Shown one piece after another: positions 49,141-61,100 of a stretch of DNA of 64,000 nt; the stretch's first letter is position 1; the number at the start of each line of letters is the position of its first letter. Location of the stretch: the NCBI GenBank assembly GCA_030141605.1, contig JAQGDQ010000030.1, positions 417,171 to 481,170 of the forward strand, written 5' to 3'. The position numbers and the translations under genes were made by a program. The stretch comes from Tubiluchus corallicola. Its lineage: Eukaryota; Animalia; Priapulida. The notes beneath the pieces were generated by a model. It had not been told where the DNA came from. It was given only the letters and a program-made list of their open reading frames with translations, and searched no databases.

Positions 49141-52100
49141 ATGGCGCCTGTGGAAGATTTAGATTTTGAGCATTATCTTGTTAGTGTTTTTAATTTTAAC
49201 AACCTTAATTTTGTTTTCAAGCAAGTCATAAAACAATCTCAGCAAAATTGACATTACATTTAATTGCTTTCTGCACTTGCTGGTTTCAGTAAAACCCATG
49301 CAGCCGTTCACACACCTTATTGCTTTTAACTTAATGCCAATAATAATGGTTTAGTACAGTTAATTTGCACTCCACACAATTCCTCGAGCGATCGAGGAGT
49401 ATTCGATGTGGTGGATTGGCTCAGTGAGCACGCTAGCTTGTTGAATTAGGCTATTGTTGAAGTTTTAAGTTTATTTTTTATCAAAATATACAAACAAAGG
49501 CTTGTTTCAGCAAATGATTAATATTATCTAATTGTTTTTACTACGTGCCAGATTGAGCAGCAAAGTAAAATATTATAGCATCCATCATTTTACTGTGTGA
49601 ATAAAAAATGTAAAATTACAGTATATATAGAAAAGCACACGTCAAGTAAGTAAGTAATCTATGTCTCAAAATTTTTACAAAATGCAAATAAACACAAGCA
49701 ATAACTTGTACTATAGATGGAAAGAGGTGGGTTGGCAAAAGACCAATGGTCACCAGGTTAGCCACTCCTGTCCAAATTTAAGAAAATTAAATGACCTGTC
49801 TAGTGGGTGTACACAAATAAATATTAATCAATTTGAAAACAAAACAGAAAATAAAAATTACTTCGTAAGAATTGAGATAATAAGGTCAAATGAAAGTAAT
49901 TAATTAGCATTTCACTGCAAATCTGTTGCCGTTAGTTATATGTAAAATTAAAGCTGAGAATTACTCCATCATCCAGGATGTGTTGCCTAAGCTTTTATTA
50001 TACCAGTTTTTCTCATTTAGTACTTAAAGTATATTATTGTCTTAGCAATGCATAATACTTAAGTACTCTTAATAAATTAAAACTCAGCTCACATTATTCA
50101 TTTCACTATTACTATCTAAGCTGAAAACAAGCACGAATCAGTGTAATGGTGCCATCTCTTATTGGATATTGTACTAAATTTATTATTATATTTCATAATC
50201 AAAACAGATTTTTACTTAGAATCACAGGCTTTGTATAACTAACCTACTGCGACTAGAAAGATCAAAGATCAAATTATCTTACATATGTAGTAGTTGTCAT
50301 ATCTTTCTTTAAAAGCATATGTACTAGGGGCCAGCACTATGTACTTAGGCAAGCTATTCCACAGACAAACAGTTCTATTAGTAAAAACGAACTTCCTTTA
50401 GATTATAATGTGTCTTTAAACTCTTAATTTGACCACTGTTTTATAATTAATATCATTATAACTTTGAACGAATTTCAAGACCTCGATGAGATCGCCTCGT
50501 ATTCTGCGATCTTCTACTATAGAAGCTTGACGCTTATTTTTCTGGTTGTATTCCCATAATTGAAATTAACTTGTTATTAATCCTTTTTAATTATTAATGA
50601 ATTGCTAAATATTTTAACTTGCATTCAGCCATCCCTCTAGTAAAATTTAATAGGAACAACCTGCTGTGAAGTCTCATATGGGATCATCTGGAAGCTTAAT
50701 ACTGAAAATTAAGTGTTTAAACAAAGATATACTAACTATTATTAATGCAAGGGCTATGCAAATTAAAATTTGATTATCATACAAAACTTGCATAGTTTAT
50801 TAGGAACATAAGCATGTTTATTTATCAATAATAATGATGATGATACTAATAATAATTACGGATAAAATAATTACTTAGTTTGCTTGAACAAACCCTCATA
50901 TACATATTTCTAGAAACAAAAAGACTCTGTTGTAGCAGTATAATTATGTGTTCATATTAAATGAATTTATGATCGTCTGTTGTTTTATAAAATATCATTA
51001 ACTTGTCAGTTTATTCCATAATAACTTACTGAGTAGGTAGTGACCACAGGTGAACTTTAAACATCATAGGTCTATAGTCCACTGAATTACTAAAGTGTGT
51101 CGATTCATCATATCGAATCGGTGCTATACGATGGTGTGGTGAAAATCAATGGGGATCTGGATTGTGACATGGTGGTTACTTGTGATGTTGAATTTTTCAT
51201 AAAATTTTGATAACATGTAGCCTATGTATTTGTGATTTCTGCTTAGTTCTAGGCGTAGTTCTAGGCGTAACTCAATTAAGCTGTATAAGCAGTGATATAA
51301 GGAAGCTTTACAGGAAACTTGATTTCATTTTCTGTTGTCTATGTCTCTCTGTATTTCTTTATTTTTTATTTGCTTTGTAAAAAACATCACCGATCATATA
51401 ATAATTTTAAATCAATAAAAAATGATACATCTCCATATGACATTCATTCATGTATAGACACCTATACATCTCCATATGACATTTGTCTGTGTATAGACTC
51501 TGTAAAGAGAAATGTGTCAGGTGCAAAACTAATAAATGTCGTTATCTTACCATTAATAATTACTAAACACCACAGCTATTTATATGATACGTATAATATT
51601 ATACAAACAGCATACAATAAAATTCAAGGCCGGCACAATTACGAAATTGTTATTGGACCTTCTACCTTACAAACACTAAAGATTGATGTTTTATGCTTTG
51701 TGTAGTACAGCAGTCCCAGTCTTAAAACTTTAATGCTGCAGAACAGTATAAATGTTTTGGAGATTAACAGACAATGCAATTTTATATTCTAAGCTTTACA
51801 TTATATTCATTAACATAAACATAAATCTCATTAACAATGCTGTTTCAGTGTTGAGGGTTTGAATATTGTCCACAAAATTAGTTGATAGTCTCAACTCACC
51901 ATATAGTGCATAAAAAACTACGATAAACTGAAATTACAAAACAAATAAACAAGCAATCATCAAAAATTAACATTGAAACAGATATATGAGAATAGACTGA
52001 ATTGTTTCACTATCTTCACAGTATCAAGAAACTGTATACACTGGACACTCATTAATTTATCATAGCGTTCTTTGCTCGAGTGTGTGCAGGGGGCCCTCAC

Positions 52101-55100
52101 TTGGCGTGGGACCCAATTTAAACAAAACTGACCAATAGGCTTAATACCGGCTTCGATAGAAGTAAATCATCAAAATAAAAGTTTTGATTTTAATGATAAT
52201 GTGGAGTGATAAATGTGGCCATCTTGTAAGTTATCAGGTTGTCAGTAGGATGACAACTCCTAGACATGTCAGGGAATTAGGCTTGATGTTAATGAGCTAA
52301 ATGTTTCCAGCTATCGTCAGGAAAAATCAGTGTTTTCAGCTGATCTCGTATTTTTGAAACTTACACACAACCAATTCAAGCTCATCTCAGTGAAGCTAAA
52401 GCCAAATAAATGTTTACCCATATTATTCTCTAGTGTATTTATTTGTTAGGATGATCTTTCAGCTTTTTTAAGTTTGTTTGTAAGTTTCATTTGTTGTTTA
52501 ACTTGCTTGGCTTCTTCGGCAGTATGGAACTTTCTTTGTCATGTTTAATTGGTCCAGCCAGTAGCTGTATAATATAGTGCTCAATTCTTTTTATAGGCTA
52601 AGCATTGATACAGAAAAGGCTAATAATTACAAAAAATGTTCTTCAATATTTTTGAGGTTATTTTTAGATTAGGTCTACAAAATATTAAACTTTTTTATGT
52701 CACTGGCTCCTTGCCCATATTGCCAACCCGCCAAGAGCCCAGAATGATTCACTTCCAGGCTTCCGTCCCCCACCAACTGATCAGCATTGTCAGGGAAAAT
52801 CACTTTCATAAGGGGTCACCTTATTTGTTAGTGGTGAACTGGTATACCAGACCATATTGGAACCGCTTTCCAGGACTTTTTATCAAAATTGAGAACAGGC
52901 TGGCAATGAACATAGTATGGCAATTAATATGGCGGCACAGCTAACCACCTAGTTGATTGTTTACATAGCATTAATGTGCTATATGGAATCACAAAGTTTT
53001 ATCTTATTCATGTTCTTACATGTACATAGTAATTAAAGTTAATAGACAGCCATTATGCTTGGCTAATAATATTAATACGTATTTCACAAACTTTTTGAAG
53101 TTGATTAGTTGATTTCTAGTGAAAAAAATTAAATAATTAATTCAATTATGTACAGTGTGCTAAAAGATACTAACTTAGGACAACCTCCCAATTTTAACAG
53201 CCTTCATACGACACACGAAAAGAGTTATCCAAACTTATTCAAGCATTTCATGTATGCAGGGTTGTCCTTACCGTTAGGTAAACTAGGCAGTTGCCTAGGG
53301 CACCAAATTCTGGAAGTAATTCTTTAGTTTTTACGTTTAGCTTTAGCATAAGTAATAACATGTGATATGTGTAACTGCTTAAGAGACAGAACATGCTTAA
53401 GAGTTTGCTTTAAATATGATTCATTGACAGAGCTCTCTTCCTGCAGAAAACACTTTGCTTTACATAGCTTCCTAAGATTACGTCATAATCGTCATTGTAT
53501 GCAGATATTACTGATGTGTTCCCCTCCTACAGTTTGTATTGTATGCATAGAGCAGCACACAAAGTAATGACTACTTCATTTAATAAAAAACGTTTCTTGC
53601 AATAGTATTTATCAAATTATGGTAGATAATCCATAATGCTCAAAGTCTTCAGGAGCGTAAATCAAAGGTAAAAAATGTGGCATACATTAAACAACAAAAA
53701 GATTTGCTAATGAAGTATCTGCAATATTTATTGTGACCTTCAGCAGAAGTATCAATGTCTCGTATAATGTGGAAACACTGCCTGCCGAGCTTTGTGACAC
53801 AAACTTAATTTAATATGATTCATGAAACATCATAATACTTATCTTTGTGGTTTGCTATTTAGTTTATTCCATAAAATTGCAGCAAAAACTGGTTTCATTC
53901 AAAATTTGAAACAAGTCTGATTAAATTACTCTAAATACAGTTTAAATACTGTTTTCCTACCTTTGACACTTAGTACTTTAACTAAGTCATTTAATCCACT
54001 TCTTCTAAATTGTGCTAATCCATTTATATAGAATGCGGCACGAAAGTTAAAATTGCCAGCCACATGAAAATTAGAGTTGCTAAATTTTACCAAAGTAATT
54101 TTGCTAGTTGAACTTTCCATATAATCCCCTTTATAAAAAATGCTTGAATGACATGTGGACCATATTAAGAGGTTTGTTTGGCACAGTTGTCATAAAATAG
54201 AGGTGCAGCTTGAAATGCCCGATTTTAGCTGTAACATACGCATTTCATGGCAGTACTTGATAACATGCGAATTCACATATTTCCAGACTAACGAAGTGGA
54301 ATGTCATGATGCCGTAAAAATTGTTAAAGGTTTCCTGGACCATGGAGAAGTTAGCAAAGCTGTCACTCTTGCCCAGATATTTCTCGGACAAAATATATTA
54401 AAACCTGCTCCAACCTGCTGTACTAAGGTATAACTAATCAATGCTATTAGTTTATGTAGTTTTGTCACGAATATAGTTAAGTGCTGTTATATGTATGTGA
54501 TACATATGTAGCATATTTTTTTATGACTTTAATAGTTAATAATTGTTTGTGATAAGAAATCAAAGGTGCAGTGACTGGAAAAGCTATTGCTTTTCTGGTG
54601 TTGAAGTACATGAAAGCAATCTCAGAAACTGTCCAGTTAAGCTCAAAAATACTGGGGCAAAATGCTGGGGCAAAGAAAATAGCAGTGGAGCTTTAGTAAA
54701 ACATAAGCCAGAAGACAGGCGATTTTAACTTCTTAATTACAAAAACAATTTTGTTCCTATAGTGTTTTTGCTTTGTTGGGACATATAACTGTTAAAAGTT
54801 AGCACCGTCAATCTTAGAAGTATTAGAAGCAATTTTATTTTGTTGCTCTATGAAAATATGAATTATTTTATTATAGAAGTTGATTGATCTTTGGTGCGGA
54901 ATACAGTATAACCAAGATGGAGATAAAGCTGAGTTTCTTGAAAACTTTCGCAAAATGTCACTTCCTGCACAAAATAGCATGCACCTGTATTACTTTGTAG
55001 ATGCGCTGCATTTAAAGGTAAGCCTAAACATTATTTCATTGTTTAACTGTTATGCTCGCACCACATTTTGTTGTATTCATTTTTGTGTGTATATATATAT

Positions 55101-58100
55101 ATATATATACTTAATAGCCTAAGACTAGTTCCATCTTTAAATTTGTATTTTTGCAAAGCATAGTGTATTCAGGAAGCTTATCTAACTAAAATCATCGATT
55201 CTTGTCGTATTAACAATTTTGTTTTTGTATTCCGTTAATCACAATTTTGATGACAGGATAGAAGGATATAATGTGAATGTATGGTCACTGCTGCTGACTA
55301 GATTTTCTGTATTTAGTAGAAATTTCACATTAATGAAAGATATATGGCTTTTTTAGCTCACCAGCAAACCTAGTAGTAATGATTCGAACCTTCTAAATAG
55401 CATACATTCTGTACAAAATTTAAACTGAATCATTCTCTTAAATCAGTCTGTGAAATTCGGGAATGTTCTGAGTACAGTTTGCTGCATGCTTGCTGTTTGA
55501 ATATATTTAAGATTATCTGTTTTTGAAATGTAATTTCAACTTTGATTACGCAAAATTTTTGTGTCACTGCTTGTGACGAGTTGGCTGACAGTTATGCTAC
55601 TGCCATAAATTTTCATTGATATTTAGCTATTTATAGTTTAGTAGTAGAACAAATTCTTGCTTTTAATAATTTGCGTGGTATTTTACCACAAGCTTACGTT
55701 GTGCTTAGTAATTTTGGATAGAGGTAATGTTTAGCTTTTTTTGAAAACAGTGCAAAATGTCAAAATTTAATTGGGTAGGTAATGATTAATTAAACTGATA
55801 AAATTTCTCTTATAACTGTGTTTATGCCACTAAAGACGTTGCTCGTTACAAACATAGTTCTGTTATCAAAATAAAGAACCGGTTCAGGTTACGGCTCTAC
55901 ATCTGTAACTACTACACTGTAGATTTAGGTTTTAATTCAAGTTTTATGTTGCTAAAAGTTAAGTTAGAGCTTTGTTCAGGTTTGTTAAGGATGAAAGTAG
56001 TAGTATAGAGTTCTGTCGTAATTTAAGTTTTAGAGCATAAATTACAGTAAGTCCTCGCTTAACTACTCCTCATTTAATAACGCTGAACATTTGACACCTT
56101 TTTCTCACTTAACGATGCACGTTTCATTTTGACGACAATTTTTTTACTTTGCTCACAGCTATTTTTCATTTCATTAGCAACTTTTTTACGTAATTTGAAG
56201 CATTAAAATGGTACAAAAGCGTTATTCTGTTCTAAAAACACATTAGTATCCTTAACAGTGCAATTATTATTTTGTTTTTGCTTTCCGACTGACTACGAAC
56301 TAAATTCTAGCCGTTTGTATCAAGGCAGATCTATTTGCGGATTTATATGCCCCCAGGCACCCGAGTTTAAACTTTATGCCAAGGAATTTTGTCAGCAACT
56401 TGTTGCTATAACAACCAGATTACTACTACCTGAAATTGTCTCAAATTCACTTCATGCAGGGCTTGGCTTTCACTACGCAGTGTTTAACCACTAACTGCTT
56501 ATACATAGGCTTCAAGAGACCTCTAGCAAGTCTAGCTAGATATTGGTAAGAAACATAGATATGATTTCAAGCAAATAGAAAAAAATAATCAATAGAAATA
56601 AGAATAAAAGTCATAAAATATTTGATGTATATGATTTAAGCAGCATTGGTTTTTGCTTCTGGAATGTATCTCAATTCAATTTTACATTAGTTTCTATGGA
56701 GGTTTTGGTTTCGGTTAACGATGTTTCACTTAACGTCACATTCTGCTGGAATGCGCTAGTGTCGTTAAGTGAGGACTTACTATACTAAATTGAGCATTGG
56801 TCAAATTGCAATGTCAGGTTACAATAAAGTCACTTTGTGAGCTGTTCCTCTTAAGATTTGTTCACTTTATTAAACATGACGTAAAAATTTAAGTACCTTA
56901 AAGTTGGAAACATTCGGACATTTAATTGTTTCTTTTGTTTCTCTTTGTAATAAAAGTAAATTTTGTATGTTGTTTAATTAGCTTGTACTTGAGTTTACCT
57001 TTAATTTCTCTTGAACGCATGTGGCCTGGACAGCTTTAAATCTAAAATCTTCTTTGCAGTAGCGCTTTATTAAACCTCTATGAAAATGTAAATCACGTTT
57101 CATTTTAAATAGTGGCAGATTCAGTTTTCAATCTGTTTAATGATCACATCATATTTATTTTTATTGATGATCTAATTTCATATGTGTTGATAATATTTAT
57201 GTTTTGATGTCGTATGCTATATTTCTTTAGCCTTTGTGTAATGCCTGAGGCTGTCTTAATTTCTAAATAGTACTGTAAACTAAAGACTTGGGAAAAAGTT
57301 TCTAAAAACTGCAATGTTGTAGCAGTAAAACAAGATTATTTGGGAGACCCCGTATACTTTTGTCAAGTCTACTAGTGACTACTGTTATAAACTATTGTTG
57401 ATAATCTTATGTTTTAGCTTGGCTCCAAAGAGTCTCTTCCTCTTATGATGGAGCTTCTTATACGTGGTTTAACTTGGGACATGAATGAGTTTGTGCTCTT
57501 GCGGCAGAACAAAGATAAGACCTCGCTTCAGGCTGTTCAGGAACGCCTTGTGTTTATCTTCGACTTTCTCGCAATGCGGTTCCAACATAATGTTGATTTT
57601 GCAAAGTATGTCCGACAAAGTTAAAATAATAAACTTTCTAACAGTTGCATTTTGTGGATAAAGAATTTCACTTGGAAATTATTTCTCAACTGGTGTTTTT
57701 TTCAAATTGCTAATTGCTATAACTCAAAATGCCCATCTGATTTCGCAAAATGTTTGTCTCCTTTTTAGTAATTTTTAGTTATCTGTTCTAAGACATGTAT
57801 TCGTTACTGATTGAATTGTAAACTATTTCTAAATTACAGGCTTGTGTTGATTTAAGTTCTCCGGATAATGATGCATTTGATAAAATTATGTTTATAATGT
57901 TTCCCTGTTTCATGAACTTTGAAAGCATTATTTAGATCAGCTAGACTACCTTCTCATTTGAAAAGTTGGTCGGAAAGGGCGGATAGGATAAATAGATGAA
58001 AGTTCTATATTAACCAACATCTTTATTACCCAATGTATGCATTATGTATACGCGTTAACATTCCAAGTGTTTTGTTCGGGTAAATCCTTTTTGCCATTCC

Positions 58101-61100
58101 TTTTCCAATAATATTATGTCGAGCATGCTCTTCCAGTCAACAAGACTGTAACCCCTACTCAATTGCATGTGTCCTAAGTAGGAGTTACAGTCTTGTTGAC
58201 TTGGAAGAGCATGCTCTTAATAATATTCCTGGAAAAGTAATGGCAAAAAGGATTTACCTGAAGTAAACACTTTTGGAATTTTAATGCGCATACATAATAC
58301 ATACAATGGATAACAAAGATTTTTGGTTAATATAGAACTTTCATCTGTTCATTCTATCTACCCTTTCTGCCCAAGTTTTCAAATGAGAAGGCAGCCTAGT
58401 TGATATGAATAATGCGTTCAAAATTTCATTAAACAGTGAAACATATTCATTTGTTGGAATAATGTGACTAAAGAACAAAGATTAGTAATTACAGTAGGCA
58501 TCGTTTATTAGACTCGTGCTTATTTGACTCAAAAACGTCTGGTTCGGGCTCCTTCTATTTAAATGTACGTAAGAACTGTTGCCAATTGACTCAGATAACT
58601 TTGCATAATTGACCCAATATTTTTCCTTCACATACTTAAAGTAAGACACTTGTGTGTGACTAGAGAACTTTTACAGCATTTGTGTAATCTTTCTGTCGAT
58701 TTTGTGCACTATAATGTACGTAGAAACAGTCATATTAAGTACAGCTTTATTTGTAAGCATATTTGTTTATCACGCGCTAATATGCTAGGGTAGCGGTTTT
58801 GCTTTGAATCTGTCACCTGCTCGTCCACTGTAGTTGACCTCGTTGCTTCTGGAAGCTAAACATTTAATCACTTTCCCAGCGGCTTGCTTTTGAAGCTCGG
58901 GCTGCTTTTGCAGGGAAAACAAGGTCATCACCGACTGCAGCTCAAGCACTAGGTGACCAGGTGTTTTGCGTAAATGTATGTACAGCACAGAGCAACAGAT
59001 TTTCAATGTTTTTATTTATATGAGAATTTCATACACCAACTTTTTCGTGAAGAAATCAATCACTTAAGCTTGTGCAATTTTTTTGTAATTTTTATGGTAG
59101 TAATCAGATTTGTTTGTAGGATTTTTTATTTTCTTATTTTATTAATATACTCATATAAATTAGTATTATTAAATAATTGCACATAATAATTTTGACATTA
59201 ATTCGTTTCTAAAATTCATTTAAAACTTTGTAGTGCATACTAAGCTAAAGCGTGACGACTCATACTTCTACAGTAGTAATATGCTACATCCGTCGGCTAA
59301 TTGAATCAGTCGTTTCATTGGTTCAAAACACGTCCATCCCAGAGTGAGTCTGTTAAGCGGTGCCTACTGTACTTGTAATTCGCTTTTCTGAAATTAGTGC
59401 TAACTCGTTCTATTATAGTGAATTAACTGGCAAGGATATTTGTTTTTTCAAAACATTTTTGTGATTTATGGAGTGTATCACCCAGTCTCTTGATTATTAC
59501 TTTTTATTGCATCTGATATTTTATGTCGTGGTGTCTTAACATCATCTATTTTTCATTGACTTGAATGTGGAATTGTTTATGTTTTTAGACAGTGTTGGTT
59601 GACATCATATTTCGTGAAACCAGATGAGGCTAAGTTGAGGAATTTAGAGAAGGTTTATACAGATGCTGAGAACACCGGTGCGAATACTTTACAGGCCGAT
59701 GTTTCGTTATCTCCGGACAAGAGACGCTTCATGAAGTCTGCGTTTCGGGACTTTATCACTGGTTCACCGCGAGGTGATGATGACGATGATGATGACACTG
59801 TAGTAAATCAAATCAAGACGGTTCCACCGCAGAAAGGGTTTGGAGGAAAAGCTTTACGGCAGCAGGAGGAGGAGACTTACATTAACAAAGGAGATCCATC
59901 GTTTAAGCCACCAAAGGAGCCAGCTGTGCCGGTAATTCACGATCCTTCCTTAGATCAGACTGTTATCACTGATATGACAATTCTGTGGTACAGACTGAGA
60001 CCACAGTGTGTTGATCCGCTGTTGCCATGGTCACAGCTCAGACAAATGTGCAATCAGTATTTGTTACAGTTTGAAAGACTAAGCAGTTCTGATAGCAGCA
60101 GTTCAGCAGACGAAGTGCACACAGACGATACCAAAAGTGGGAGTGCTGCAAAGTCCAAAGCAACTGCGAAATCAGAGCATGACTCAGCCATGGCTTCTGC
60201 TTCTAAACAGTGGAATTTTAGACCTCTGAGCAGTGCTATGCGAACAGTAGGTAACACACAGAGTAATAAAGAATTGCCTGTGAAAAAATCCATTTCTCCT
60301 ACTATCCTGAAGTCATCAAGACAATCTGCATCGAATGTTCCCAAATTACCAGTGAAAAGAATACCAATTTCTTGGGAGCATGATTACGCTTCCCGTCCAG
60401 TATTAAGTACATCTACAGCCGAAAACGTAACATTACAATCGAACTTGACTTCTTCAGTTGCTAAAGTATCTCAACCTGATGAAACTGCATCGTTACAATA
60501 TCTGTACTCTTATAGAATTATTGATGGGCAAGTAACAACAGGTAAGTCAGTGTCATTGGCTCAGGACTACAGTTTCATTATTTCTACAGGTATACTTTGC
60601 CATTCAGTGTTTCCTCATTTATAGATGTCTCTTATTGGCATAACAAAGGCAATAAAGCAGTTCATTATATGCATTATGAATGGGTATTTACCTTATCTAA
60701 ATTACCATCTAATGTCCATGCAATAAAGTCTATGCAACGACATTGTTATTGTTCACCACAATTTTTGGTAATAAGGAGAACTGCCTTTTTCAACCACTGT
60801 AGTGATAGCAGTATGCTGTTGTGCTATAACTGAAATCATTACATGTTTATTCACCCATCTGGCTTGCAGCTAGTTGTGGGACATCGATTACAGTTTCATA
60901 ATCGATTAGAAGGATACGAAAACGATTCCTCTCGATTCAAACCGTTAGGTAGATAATTGATTATGATCTTACAAAAAAGCAGATGTACATACAAACCATG
61001 TTTGTGCTTCGCATGAAAGTGGTATTATCTGTGCTCTAAGTTACTGCATGAAGGTAGTACCATATTACTTGATTTCACTGCAAGGATAGTGAAAGTAAAT

